A stretch of DNA of 64,000 bases from a bacterium (GTDB lineage Bacteria > Hinthialibacterota > Hinthialibacteria > Hinthialibacterales > Hinthialibacteraceae). Made by a program: the position numbers and the translations under genes. The first letter of the stretch is position 1. Every line of letters begins with the position of its first letter. The notes below the pieces were generated by a model, which worked only from the letters and a program-made list of their open reading frames with translations, was not told where the DNA came from and made no database searches. Location of the stretch: contig CAXXMV010000001.1 of assembly GCA_963662285.2 (NCBI GenBank), positions 960,001 through 1,024,000 of the forward strand, given 5' to 3'. Shown here in pieces: positions 29,167 to 40,288 of the stretch.

Positions 29167-30459
29167 TTATTCACCAAGAGTAAAGAACAAATTAGCTTCG
29201 GCAACCAAGTTGCCATCAACATGAATAGTGCTCTCTACTCTACCAGCTTTTTTTCGCATTTTAAGAATCTTGGTTTCAATCACAAGCTGATCGCCTGGTA
29301 CTGCCTTCCGCCGTATTTTTGCTTGATCAACTCCAACAAGGTAAGCCGTCTTGCCGCGATTCTGATCCAAAGAGAGCAACAGCACGCCCCCGGCTTGAGC
29401 CATAGTCTCAATCAGTAATACGCCGGGCATAACAGGTTCATCAGGAAAATGGCCATTAAAAAATTCTTCATTGCTGGTTACGTTTTTTATAGCCTTCACA
29501 GACATATTAGAATAATCGATATCAATAACTCGATCAATCAAAAGAAAAGGATATCGATGAGGTAATATTCGCCGGATTTCTTCAGTTCCAATCGGGAGAT
29601 TCGGTATTCCGCCGCTATTGCCATTGACTGAGTTTAATACTTTCTGCACAAAACGAATATTAAAGGCATGTCCAGAACGAACAGCAATTATATGACCCTT
29701 AATCGGTTTGCCCAACAAAGCCAGGTCGCCCATGACATCAAGAATTTTATGGCGCACAATTTCATCTTCAAAACGTAATTCTTTATTAAGAAAATCGTGC
29801 TCACCAATTACGATTGCGTTTTCAAGACTGCCGCCTTTAATCTTGCCCTGCTGTCGAAGCACATCAACGTCCTTCAAGAAACAGAAAGTCCGGGCAGGAG
29901 CAATTTTCTTTTCAAAAGTTTCTTCATTAATAAGAAAAGAAGCAGATCTAATTCCAACAGCTGGATGATCGTAATCAATTTTATAGGTTATTTCTAATCT
30001 TGGAGAGGGGATAATAGCCAATTCAAGACCATTCTCGTATAACCAGATAGGTTCTTTAACCTCAATAAACTGCCTGGGGCGATCTTGCGTAACAAAGCCT
30101 ACCTTTTTGATAGCTTCAACAAAAGGCAGCGCGCTGCCATCGCATATAGGAGGTTCACTGGAAGAAATTTCCAGCACAATGTTATCAATCCCCATCCCGA
30201 TACAAGCAGCCAAGACATGTTCAACAGTTTTAATCTCGGTTTTACCAACGCCCAATTGAGTCAGAAAAAGAGATTCTTCTAAAACCGCATTTTCCGCCTT
30301 TACTTCAATTTCAGGTTTATCAGGTAAATCATCTCGAACAAATCGTATTCCTGTGTCGGCTTCAGCAGGCTTAAAGGTTATAGTGGTTTCCTGGCCGGTA
30401 TGAACGCCAACGCCACTTATACTTATTTCTCCTGCTATCGTTTTTTGATACTCAACCAT
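29167..30459 (-). CDS. lpxC-fabZ: Bifunctional LpxC/FabZ fusion
   Basis: LpxC motifs QKTI, TVEHVLAA, DGSA, ARTF, RHKILD, SGH; FabZ motifs LPHRYPFLLIDR, FNGHFP.EPVMPGVLLIE. Confidence 0.95.
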   Translation of the reverse strand: MVEYQKTIAGEISISGVGVHTGQETTITFKPAEADTGIRFVRDDLPDKPEIEVKAENAVLEESLFLTQLGVGKTEIKTVEHVLAACIGMGIDNIVLEISSSEPPICDGSALPFVEAIKKVGFVTQDRPRQFIEVKEPIWLYENGLELAIIPSPRLEITYKIDYDHPAVGIRSASFLINEETFEKKIAPARTFCFLKDVDVLRQQGKIKGGSLENAIVIGEHDFLNKELRFEDEIVRHKILDVMGDLALLGKPIKGHIIAVRSGHAFNIRFVQKVLNSVNGNSGGIPNLPIGTEEIRRILPHRYPFLLIDRVIDIDYSNMSVKAIKNVTSNEEFFNGHFPDEPVMPGVLLIETMAQAGGVLLLSLDQNRGKTAYLVGVDQAKIRRKAVPGDQLVIETKILKMRKKAGRVESTIHVDGNLVAEANLFFTLGE

Positions 30460-30461
30460 AA

Positions 30462-31460
30462 TTACTCCGAATTTGATAATTGATCTTCTAGTACTTGAAT
30501 TTTCCCAAACAATTTGGGAATTCTTGCTATATTAGCCTTGAGTCTTTTTTCTTTAGTATGAGGTTGAGCCGGGACGCCCCAATAATCAGCGTTTTCGGGT
30601 ACATCCCCAACAATCACGCTCTTAGCGCCTATCCGGGCGTCTTTGCTAATGGTAACGCCAGAGGAGATTACCACTTGTCCTGCCACAGTGACGCTCTCTT
30701 CCATTGTGACATGATCACAAATAGTAACCTGAGCAACAATTATACAATGCGGTCCAATCGTTGTTCCCGATCCTACCTGAACCAAATTGTCGATTTTTGT
30801 TCCTTCGCAAATAACTGTCGGAGATTCACTAATTCCTGAAACTACTACATTCGCCCCGATTTCAATATCATTTTTCAAGGTTACCGGTGGGACGCTGCCT
30901 AAAGGAGATTCGAGACCGACTGGACCTATACGGCAGCCAGCGTGCAAAATAGTCCGGTCGCCAACCACGCAACCAGCATAGATCGACACGTAGGGATAAA
31001 GTATTACATCGTCTCCAATAACTGATCCCCGCCCTATATAAACCCCCGGATAGAGAATGGATCGATCTCCGATTACAACGCCCTCTTCTACAATCGCATG
31101 GGGCATTATTGTAATATCTTGCCCCAGTTGGACATCCTTGTCTACCTGACTTGAAGGGTGGACTCCACCTGACAATTTACGTTTATCTTTATGAAAAAGA
31201 TAAAGCGCCTGCGTAAATGTAAGATATGGATTAACAGATCTAATTACTGGTCGAAAATTAGTTTCCAGATCTTTCGGAACAATCATTGCTGAGGCTTGGC
31301 ACTGAGAAATCTTAGAAACATATTTTGGATTGGCTACAAAAGAAATTTCTCCCTCTTTAGCCGAAGTAATTTCTGCAACTCCTGATATTTGTATTGATCC
31401 GTCGCCTTCAAAAGGCGTTCCGAGTTTTTCGCATAATTTTTCTAATGAATATGTCGGCAC
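30462..31460 (-). CDS. lpxD: LpxD homolog with degenerate catalytic motifs
   Basis: LpxD N-domain (ISFVANPKY, NPYLTF), hexapeptide repeats, EIGAN, GTKIDNLVQ, G.PAQP; canonical position between skp and lpxC. Confidence 0.8.
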   Translation of the reverse strand: MPTYSLEKLCEKLGTPFEGDGSIQISGVAEITSAKEGEISFVANPKYVSKISQCQASAMIVPKDLETNFRPVIRSVNPYLTFTQALYLFHKDKRKLSGGVHPSSQVDKDVQLGQDITIMPHAIVEEGVVIGDRSILYPGVYIGRGSVIGDDVILYPYVSIYAGCVVGDRTILHAGCRIGPVGLESPLGSVPPVTLKNDIEIGANVVVSGISESPTVICEGTKIDNLVQVGSGTTIGPHCIIVAQVTICDHVTMEESVTVAGQVVISSGVTISKDARIGAKSVIVGDVPENADYWGVPAQPHTKEKRLKANIARIPKLFGKIQVLEDQLSNSE

Positions 31461-31546
31461 CGATACTACGTCCCTTCAAATTAGTTGACAATGTCTTTTG
31501 TAAGGCGCTCCATCAATCTTTGAGTAGTTAGCAAAATAATATTAAG

Positions 31547-31746
31547 TTGAGCGTTTCAAAAAAGAGATTAAAATTTGACTTTCTTGAAGGCGAGGTTTTC
31601 CTAAAAAACCTGCATATTATGAAAACCACTTTAGAATAGTTGTCATAATAATATTCTGTTTGGCGTTTCTAAAAAGTCAGACAAGATTGTCTTTTTAGAA
31701 GACCAAAGGTAATAATGGACGAACTTTTTTTTTGATAATCGCTCTA
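31547..31746. repeat. Two abutting TAGAG-ended MITE-like elements
   Basis: TTGAGCGTTTCAAAAAA...TTATGAAAACCACTT-TA-GAATAGTTGTCATAA...TTTTTGATAATCGCTCTA; each half holds an internal GCGTTTC(A/T)AAAAAG hairpin. Confidence 0.5.
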
Positions 31747-31836
31747 GTCAACCACAATGATATTTCAATGAATCACCCGCTAGCATACTACCGACAATTC
31801 GTTCATTCTTCTACAATGAAACAATACATTAATTCA

Positions 31837-32367
31837 TTATTTTTTATTTAATCGCTTCAAAACCTCACTGCTGATATTGAATTTTTCATCGGCGAAGAAA
31901 ATATTTCGCCGTTTAAAGATGAAGGAATAGTTCCCTTCTTTAGCAACCGCTTCAACAACTACTTTCAACTCCTGTTCTAATGGAGCGAGTTTTTCTTCAC
32001 TTGTTGCCTCAACTTCTTTTGCATCAGACAGTTCCTGTTTTCTGAGGTCCTGAAATCCGTTGTTAAGTTGTTCTCTACGTTGTTTTACGGAATCAGGGGG
32101 AAGCAAGTCTTGTTTTAACTTTAATGACTCCATCTCATCAATTAATTCTTTATTCTTTTGCAGTAAATTCTTGCGTTTAGCAACAACATAAGTCTTTAAT
32201 TCCTGGGAAACAGTTTTATATTTTTCCCATTTGTCATGGATTTCCTGCATGTCCAGATAGCCTAATTTAATGGTAGTTGGCTGAGCGTCACTAACAGACG
32301 CTCCCAAAACAACCATGAAACAGACGCACAACAAAATAGACAATAATTTAGTTTTTCGTATTTGCAT
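31837..32367 (-). CDS. skp: OmpH/Skp periplasmic chaperone
   Basis: Signal peptide, KLGYLDMQEI, coiled-coil middle, VAKEGNYSFIF...NISSEVLKRLN; between bamA and lpxD. Confidence 0.88.
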   Translation of the reverse strand: MQIRKTKLLSILLCVCFMVVLGASVSDAQPTTIKLGYLDMQEIHDKWEKYKTVSQELKTYVVAKRKNLLQKNKELIDEMESLKLKQDLLPPDSVKQRREQLNNGFQDLRKQELSDAKEVEATSEEKLAPLEQELKVVVEAVAKEGNYSFIFKRRNIFFADEKFNISSEVLKRLNKK

Positions 32368-32455
32368 AATAATTCCTCCAGAAAAAAAACAACCTGAATA
32401 TTCTACTTCGTATCATGATAAAACATACCCCCAATATAAGCGGGATATAGAATGA

Positions 32456-34851
32456 TTAAAAACTTTGTCCAAAACTGAAATGGAAGAATTCTGTATCATC
32501 TCCAGATAATTTGCGTAGTGGAAAAGCCAAATCAAAGCGAATCATAGCGTTAAGACCGGGAATTCTTACCCGTATTCCCGCTCCAGCGCTATAACGAAAA
32601 TCTGAAGGATCAATATCGCCAATCTCCGGCCAGACAGAACCCATATCCACAAAAGATACTGCCTGAAACATCTGCGTTATGGGATAGCGCAATTCTAAAT
32701 TACCAACATAGACGGCTTCACCTCCCAGATAAGTTCGATAACCACCATCGACATTTTTATATCTGAGGATAGCAGAAGGACCAATTCCACCTTCATCAAA
32801 TCCACGAATCGAATTGGCGCCGCCTGCAAAAAAGCGTTCCTGCAGAGGAATGAATCCAGGATCGCCATAAGCATAGGCCATATTTAATTCACTGGATAAA
32901 GCAAAAATAAACCTATCGAATACCGGCAGAAAATAATTAAAGGTATTTTTCCATTTAATAAATTCATTATCAGTAACGCCAGCAATCTCTATCATGGAAC
33001 GACTGTATATGCCTTCTCGTGGATCGACTTTAAAATCACGACCATCATAATAATAACCGAAGGACAAACTGGTAGTGGTGTTCTCGCCCAGATTAAATTC
33101 ACGGGGAATAGAAGCGGGGTCAAGATCGTATCTTTCACCTACATCCGGGTTTAAATTTGTGATTTCGCCTTTGGCGCCAACTAACAGGGAAAGTTCATCA
33201 GACAGTTCTTTACCAATAGTAAGCGACGATCCGGTCCTCTGTTCGTCAAAACGCCGTCCGCCATAACCTTCCTGATCGATATAATAAATATCCCAATCAG
33301 CGCTGTAATCGGTATTAAACAGATGAGGTTCATAAATATCCAACGCTAACCGGTTGCGCAACTCTCCAATTTCACCAGTTATTGAGCCGCGAATGCCATA
33401 TCCAAGGATATTGCGTTCAGTCAACGTAACAAAAACGGACGGCCCATAGGCGGTCGAGAGTCCACCACCGAAGGTCAACATGCCGTTTCTTTCTCTTCCA
33501 GCAAAAGACGTAAGTTTTCTGTTGACGGATCAGAAGGAATCCGGACTCGTTCGAATCCCGGATAAAGGTTTGTTTGTCCAGGCATGGGAATTCCCCGGGA
33601 TTTAAAGAAGTCGAGATTGATCAGGTTACGGTCGCTCTCAATCACTTTAGTCCAGTCCAGCGGTTCACCTTCATCCAGTTCTATTTCCCGCTCAATGACA
33701 AACTTTTTGGTTCTGAACTCATCATCTTCCGTCGGGATAATTGAGCCGTCATCAAGAGTAATAACCCCTTGAATCTCAACTTTACCCAAGTGTTTTCTGG
33801 GCGATTCTGTGGTGAGCAGACGCAAATTGACTATATGGTTTGTTTGATCTTTATCGATATCGGGCTTGATCTCGGAATCAAGATATCCTTGTCCTCGATA
33901 GACATTCAACATCTCAACCAGATCACGGGATAATGTTCCAATAGAGAATTGGTCGCCAGGACGCAGCGATAAATATTGAAGAAGTTCCGCATCAGAGAAG
34001 ATGGTATTGCCATCAATAGAAATATCTCCAATAAAATATGGCTCACCCTCTTCGATCTTAAAAGTGATAGTTAAACCATTATTCTCTTCTATTACCGGAG
34101 CGACGCTGGCTTTTGCATCAAGATAGCCAATATCTGCATAACCTAACTTTTCAATATTACTCAAATCGTTTTGAACCACTTCATGATCATAATGGCGCTT
34201 GATAATAAACCAAAAAGATTTCTTGGTTTCAATAACTTTACTCAAAGCTTTATCGGGAATAACGGTATTACCTTCAAAAATAATCTTCTTTACCGGCAGA
34301 CGTTCTCCTTCTTTTATTTCAATAATCAGGATAGTGGAATCTGGTTTTTCTCCAGTTTCCTGTCGCCATGAGATCTGAGTATTTGGGAAGGATTTTTCGG
34401 TATAGTGAGTTTTGATCTTGTTTATAAAAAGTTTTACCTGATCCTCGGAAAAGAACAGTCTCTCTTTTCCGGTGAAATCAATTATTGTATTGAGCTTTTT
34501 TTCCTTATATTTCTTATTTCCTTCATATTTGATACCAGAAATAAGCGGCTTTTCCACGACTTTCCATATTAAGTTCCAGCCACCGGCGATTGGTTCACAA
34601 TTAGGCTCCACATCGGTGAAATAACCAAGTGAGTAGATTGCCCGGATATCATCGCGAATCCGAGCCGTTGTAGCTATAGAAGCCACATCATCACCAGGTC
34701 GAGTCTGAACAACTTCCAGTATCTCCTCTTGACTAACATAAACAGCGCCTTCAACCGATACTTTAATAATGGTATCGGCTAAAGAAGAGGTAGATATACT
34801 CGCTAATAGCAGAACAGTCCCAATTTGGATAAATAAGCAGCGCAGTTTCAG
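32456..34851 (-). CDS. bamA: Outer membrane assembly factor BamA, split by a 1-nt frameshift near 33482
   Basis: ORF 33475-34686 has POTRA domains (DIRAIYSLGYF); ORF 32456-33481 has the barrel (ERNILGYG, FFAGGANSIRGF, FHFSFGQSF). The frame extends upstream to CTG 34851 after SD AAGGAGGT, adding a signal peptide. Confidence 0.9.
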
Positions 34852-37300
34852 ATCACTACCTCCTTCGGCGATGACTCACGAAACAAGAGTTCATCATTCC
34901 CCACATCAACAATAATTTCCTGCTCACCTTTAAAGCGACCTTTAAGCACTTCTTCAGATAAAGGATCTTCCAGATGCTTTTGAATCATTCGCTTTAATGC
35001 CTCGCGCCATAGGCTTTATCAAAGCCTTTATCAACTAAAAAAGATTTTGCTGCATCCGTCAGTGCAAGTTTGAATCCCATCGGGGCAATCCGCTCTTGAA
35101 CTTCATCAATCGCAATATCACAAATCTTAAGTAAATGCTCCCGTTCCAGTTCATGAAAAACGACGAATTCATCAACCCGGTTAATGAATTCCGGTCTAAA
35201 TTCCTTTTTCAATTCGCTCATGACCTTGCCTTTCATATCTTTATAACTGAGCGAATCTCTTTCGGAAGTAAAACCAAGTGAGGCGCGATTAGTAATCTCC
35301 TGAGATCCGATATTGGATGTCATTATTAGAATGGTATGCCGAAAATCCACTTTATGTCCAGTGGAATCAGTAAGTCGCCCATCATCCAAGACCTGTAGGA
35401 GAATATTATAGACATCTTGATGTGCTTTTTCGATCTCATCAAGACATATAACAGAATAAGGTTTACGACGCACTTTTTCAGTTAACTGTCCACCTTCGTC
35501 ATGTCCAATGTATCCTGGAGGAGCGCCGATCAGTCGGGAGACAGCGAATTTCTCCATATATTCAGACATATCAACGGAAATCAAAGCATCTTCATCGCCA
35601 AACATGAATTCAGCGAGAGTTTTAGCCAAATGCGTTTTTCCTGTACCAGTTGGTCCTAAAAATAAAAAAGAACCGATGGGCCGTTGTTGATTAGAAAAAC
35701 CTACACGGGAACGACGGATGGCTTTAGAAATGATAGAGATCGCCTCTTCTTGCCCAACGACTTTTTCATGAAGTTTCTCTTCAATACGCAACAATCGAGA
35801 ATATTCTTTTTCTTCGATTTTAACCATGGGAATGCCGGTCCACTTTGAAACTACATAGGCGATTTCGTCTTCGTCTACAACAGTTTCCTTACCAGCCATA
35901 CTGCGCGACTCTTCCCATTGCTGCGAAAGAACAGTTTGTTTTTCGCGTAGTTCTTCACGTTTACGCTTCAATTCGAGGCATTTTTCAAACTCTTCAGATA
36001 CAGTAGCAGACTCAATCTCTTTCATGATCTGCTTAATAGTTTCATCAATTTCACGCAGTTCTTTGGGCCGGGTGGTTGCCTGTAATCTTGCGCGGGAACC
36101 AGCCTCATCAATCAGATCAATAGCCTTATCGGGTAAATAACGATCAGAGACATATCTGTCGGAAAGCGTCGCCGCTGATTCGATAGCCTCTTTGGTATAT
36201 CTTACGCGGTGGTGCGCTTCGTATTTGTCGCGTAAACCTTCTAAAATGCTGAAAGTCTCCTTGACCGATGGGGGATTAACAATAACGGTCTGGAAACGGC
36301 GCTCAAGCGCACTGTCTTTTTCGATATATTTCCGGTATTCATCAAGCGTTGTAGCGCCGATGCATTGCAACTCGCCGCGAGCCAACGCGGGCTTCAGCAT
36401 ATTGGATGCATCCATTGATCCTTCTGCGGCGCCAGCGCCTACTAAAGTATGCAGTTCATCTACAAAAAGAATTGTATTGCTGGAACGGCGAATCTCTTCT
36501 AAAACCGATTTCAAGCGTTCTTCAAATTGTCCACGATACTTGGTGCCAGCCACCAACCCAGCTAAATCAAGCGTGATCAAGCGTCTATTAAGCAGAAGAT
36601 CAGGAACGGTGCGAGACATGATCTGCTGCGCCAAACCTTCAGCGATGGCAGTTTTTCCAACGCCTGCTTCACCAATCAAAACGGGATTATTTTTTGTGCG
36701 GCGACATAAAATCTGAATTACCCGCTCAATCTCGTCCTGTCGACCAATGACGGGATCAAGTTTATCCATAGAAGCAAGTTCAGTAAGATCAGTTCCAAAA
36801 GCATCCAGGGCCGGAGTTTTGCTTTTACTTTTGCCAGCGGCCACAGCTTCCTGCGGTCCGCCGCCCATCAGGCGGAGAATCTCGCTGCGGGCTTTTATTA
36901 AATCAACACCATGGCTTGCCAGAATCCGGGCGGCAAGACCTTCATTTTCCCGAATGACGCCTAACAACAAATGCTCTGTGCCGATGAAATTAACGCCAAA
37001 CGCCTGAGCTTCCTGATATGCGAATTCTATGGCCCGTTTTGCGCTGGGCGAAAGAGAAATGGTACTATCAACACTGCCGCCGCTCGACTCATGTTGGATA
37101 TTTTTTTGAATCTCAATGCGCAAGGCTTCCAAATTCAATTCCATATTCCGCATTGCGGTTGCAGCAACGCCTTCACCTTCCGCAATGAGACCAACAAGGA
37201 CATGTTCAGTTGCGGCATGGCTGCATCCCATTCGTGAAGCTTCTTCTTTAGCACGTTTCATAACCAGCCGTGCCCGTTCAGTTAATCGATCAAACATCAT
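34848..37300 (-). CDS. clpC: ATP-dependent Clp protease ATPase ClpC, 1-nt frameshift near 35000
   Basis: Clp-N repeats, [11 protein letters not shown]-like middle domain, GPTGTGKT. The ORF stops at YGARH*, but the next frame continues [22 protein letters not shown]...PKEVVI* to TGA at 34848-34850. Confidence 0.93.
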
Positions 37301-37404
37301 TGCGCTTGCTCCTGATAATGATATATAGCACCGGTACGCGTTGAATTCCTTGTAGTTTCAGTCCGGCTGGTTGGCGATTTTTCCTAAATATATCAATAAT
37401 TAAT

Positions 37405-37512
37405 TATAGTGGTTTACATGATAACGTATAAGCGTCTCAAAAGACTACAACACGGTCTTTGGGGAAGACGAAATGTTACCTAAAAAAGAAACTAGTAGAT
37501 AGAACCACTCTA
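37405..37512. repeat. TAGAG-ended MITE-like element (degenerate)
   Basis: TATAGTGGTT ... AACCACTCTA inverted ends; GAACCACTCTA is shared with 40213-40223. Confidence 0.4.
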
Positions 37513-37516
37513 GAGA

Positions 37517-38569
37517 TTAATTTTTGATCCAGTTTCGAATCAACTCGGCTCTATATTCATCCCGCTCGGTAGCAGTAAGAGTTTTTTCGGCCTGTTTCTG
37601 CAAATGAGCGGGACGCACCCGCACGATCATATCATTCAAACTATCGTATGATGGCTTTTCAAAAATCCCAAGGTTTAAACCCATTCGGATTGATGAAAAA
37701 AGTTCTATCGCTTCATTGGAACTCATAACTTGAGCATAGCTCAATGTAGCAAATGCACGCCAAATCCTATCTTCAACCTGGCTGCGCTTCTCTTTAATTA
37801 ATTTATCCAGCGCTTTTCGTTCCTGATCAAGAATTTGTTCTAATAATGTATCAATCTTTGCAATGGTATCCAATTCGGAAATGCCCAAGGTCCATTGATT
37901 TGATATCTGGAACAAGTTGCCGGTAATCTCACTACCTTCACCTGACAAACCCCGCACTGTAATTCCCATTTGCGTAACAGCGCTAAGCACTTTATCAATA
38001 CGCCGTGAAATCACCAATGCAGGCAGATGCACCATAACCGAACATCGGATTCCTGTACCGACATTGGTGGGACAGGCGGTTAAATAACCAAACGTATTAG
38101 AGAACGAATAAGTAATGGATTCTTCTAAATCCGTATCGATTTGATTGATGCGCTTCCAGGTCTCTTCCAGATTATTGCCTGGCATAAGTACTTGCAAACG
38201 AAGATGGTCCTCTTCATTCACCATAATACTGGCGGTTTGATCCTTGCAAATGGCAACATATCTCTCAATCCCGCTTTTAGCCAATTCGCGGCTTATCATA
38301 TTTCTTTCAGCAAGAAAGTACCGGTCTGTAGGCTCCATCTCATCCATGCAAAATAAATCCGGATTATTTAAGGAGGATGCGTTTCGAATAGCTTTTTTGG
38401 CTTGCTCGGAGATTCGCTTTAAATCAGTGGAAGAGGCCCATTGCGAAAAAGGAATCCCTTCAATATTTCGAGCCAGCCGTATACGACTGCTGATCACCAG
38501 ATTATCGATAGGTTTACCGGTCTTAAGCCATCCGCATTCCGTAAGATATTTTTTTGGTAAATCCACCAT
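37517..38569 (-). CDS. mcsB: Protein arginine kinase
   Basis: SSRIRLARN, MVNEEDHLRLQ, GYLTACPTNVGTG, FQISNQ.TLG, PAHLQ; between mcsA and clpC. Confidence 0.95.
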   Translation of the reverse strand: MVDLPKKYLTECGWLKTGKPIDNLVISSRIRLARNIEGIPFSQWASSTDLKRISEQAKKAIRNASSLNNPDLFCMDEMEPTDRYFLAERNMISRELAKSGIERYVAICKDQTASIMVNEEDHLRLQVLMPGNNLEETWKRINQIDTDLEESITYSFSNTFGYLTACPTNVGTGIRCSVMVHLPALVISRRIDKVLSAVTQMGITVRGLSGEGSEITGNLFQISNQWTLGISELDTIAKIDTLLEQILDQERKALDKLIKEKRSQVEDRIWRAFATLSYAQVMSSNEAIELFSSIRMGLNLGIFEKPSYDSLNDMIVRVRPAHLQKQAEKTLTATERDEYRAELIRNWIKN

Positions 38570-38606
38570 TTATTATCAACTTTCCTGCATTATTTCAAAA
38601 CTTATA

Positions 38607-39125
38607 TTATTCAATACCATAATGCGATAGTTGGCCTTCCATATCGCGTATCTGATCTCTCAATTTAGCTGCCAATTCAAAATTTTCCTGCCCTACAGCC
38701 TCTTTCAATTGCATCCGTAAATAAGAAACATTGCGCCTCAAAACCAGCTGAGCATCACCTTTTCCCGGCGTTTTTCCAATATGCTTGACTTCTTTTTGCA
38801 CCTTCTGTAATAACGGTTTCAATTCAGGAGAAAAGGTATCATAACACAACGCGCAACCCAAGCGTCCGCTTTCTTTGAATGCATTATATGATAATCCACA
38901 AGAGGAACAGGTTTGATGCGCGTTAAATTCCGCATCCTGGTTTTTGGTAAAAGAGATGTTGCCGGTCAGGAATTGCTCGATTGAAAAAGAAGGATTAATA
39001 GAGGTTCCTTCAATTCCACATTTCTGAGAACAATCATGACATATGTGAATCGAATATTTCTTACTATTTTTTAACTGCGTTATATGAATCTTCGCAGGAT
39101 TTTTTTTACATATTTCGCAAAGCAT
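38607..39125 (-). CDS. mcsA: McsB activator McsA
   Basis: Four CxxC motifs (CEIC, CHDC, CSSC, CALC), GRLGC..CY, C-terminal UVR motif ENFELAAKLRDQI. Confidence 0.93.
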   Translation of the reverse strand: MLCEICKKNPAKIHITQLKNSKKYSIHICHDCSQKCGIEGTSINPSFSIEQFLTGNISFTKNQDAEFNAHQTCSSCGLSYNAFKESGRLGCALCYDTFSPELKPLLQKVQKEVKHIGKTPGKGDAQLVLRRNVSYLRMQLKEAVGQENFELAAKLRDQIRDMEGQLSHYGIE

Positions 39126-39148
39126 AGCGCAAACTCGTTTCCTTCAAT

Positions 39149-40084
39149 CTATTCATTATTAACGTACGTTTCATGATAGATTGAAATTCCATCAGTTTCC
39201 GTCCTTTTAATAAACGCTTCCATTAGCGCTAATGTAATTGGTCCTCGCTCGCCAGATCCAATTGTACGAGCATTTATAGTGGTTACAGGGACGACTCTAG
39301 CAGCCGTTCCCGTCACAAAACACTCATCCGCATTAAATAGGTCAGCCAGAGTGATATGATCTTCCCGGCATGACATACCTTTTTCTAAAGCCAATTCTAT
39401 GACAGCTTCACGCGTTATCCCCGGCAAGGCGCCATCTGATATAGGTGGAGTGATGACCTTACCTTCATCTACTATAAATATATTATCCGCTGTGGCTTCA
39501 GAAACAAATCCCATATGATTCAAAAAGATTGCTTCAGCAGCGCCTTCACGGTTAGAATCCAGTTTGGCTAGAATATTACCCAGATAATTCAAAGATTTTA
39601 TTTGGGGCGGCAAGGCGTCAGGCAGATTCCTTTTTATCGCTGTCGTAACCAGGGTTAATCCTTTTTCATACAATTCTTTGGGATATAGTTTTATTCGATC
39701 AATAATTACAATAAGTTTCGAAACGGGGCATTTACGTGGATCTAATCCCAAGTCTCCATCTCCACGGCTGACTATTACCCGAACATACAAGGGGTCTTCA
39801 TTATTGCTTAAATCCACTTCATTCTTCTGCGCCCAGGAGCGCGCCACTTTACCAATCTCTTCAAGGATATCCTTTTGAGAATATTGGATTTGCAAATCAA
39901 TCACTTTGGCGGAACGAAACAGACGCCTCATGTGCCTTTCGCCCCGGAAAATGCAATTCCCATAAATGCGAATGCCTTCGAAGACGCCATCTCCATAGAG
40001 AAAACCGTGGTCAAATACCGAAACCGTAGCGTCTTCCTTTGACACTAGATTTCTGTTGATTGAAATTACAGGAACCGTAGCCAT
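39149..40084 (-). CDS. ilvE: Branched-chain amino acid aminotransferase (class IV)
   Basis: DHGFLYGDGVFEGIR, KSLNYL, EATADNIF, LPGITR, DECFVTGTAA. Confidence 0.9.
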   Translation of the reverse strand: MATVPVISINRNLVSKEDATVSVFDHGFLYGDGVFEGIRIYGNCIFRGERHMRRLFRSAKVIDLQIQYSQKDILEEIGKVARSWAQKNEVDLSNNEDPLYVRVIVSRGDGDLGLDPRKCPVSKLIVIIDRIKLYPKELYEKGLTLVTTAIKRNLPDALPPQIKSLNYLGNILAKLDSNREGAAEAIFLNHMGFVSEATADNIFIVDEGKVITPPISDGALPGITREAVIELALEKGMSCREDHITLADLFNADECFVTGTAARVVPVTTINARTIGSGERGPITLALMEAFIKRTETDGISIYHETYVNNE

Positions 40085-40111
40085 AACTACTGCAATCCTC
40101 CAAACCTCATT

Positions 40112-40223
40112 TAGAATGGTTAGTTAATCAAGTTCTATTTTCGTCTATCGCAAAAAAAAACCGTAAAATACTCTTTCAAGGCAAAAAGGAATAACAAAAG
40201 AATATAATTCACGAACCACTCTA
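40112..40223. repeat. TAGAG-ended MITE-like element
   Basis: Left end TAGAATGGTTAGTTAAT versus reverse complement of right end TAGAGTGGTTCGTGAAT (14/17). Confidence 0.5.
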
Positions 40224-40288
40224 TACTCTAAAAGGTACAAAATACGCTTATTTACATAAGTCTACATGAAGCCAGACCGTTATCCAAG

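Noticed and set aside
29167-30459. LpxC-FabZ fusion as a novelty
   Set aside because: A well-known fusion in Bacteroidota and several other phyla.
32456-37300. Calling bamA and clpC pseudogenes
   Set aside because: Each has one 1-nt lesion with otherwise intact motifs, and BamA is essential; sequencing error is more plausible.
36192-37328. Antisense ORFs opposite clpC (and similar ones opposite ptsI, argG, dxs, rel)
   Set aside because: Typical shadow frames of conserved genes, with no motifs.
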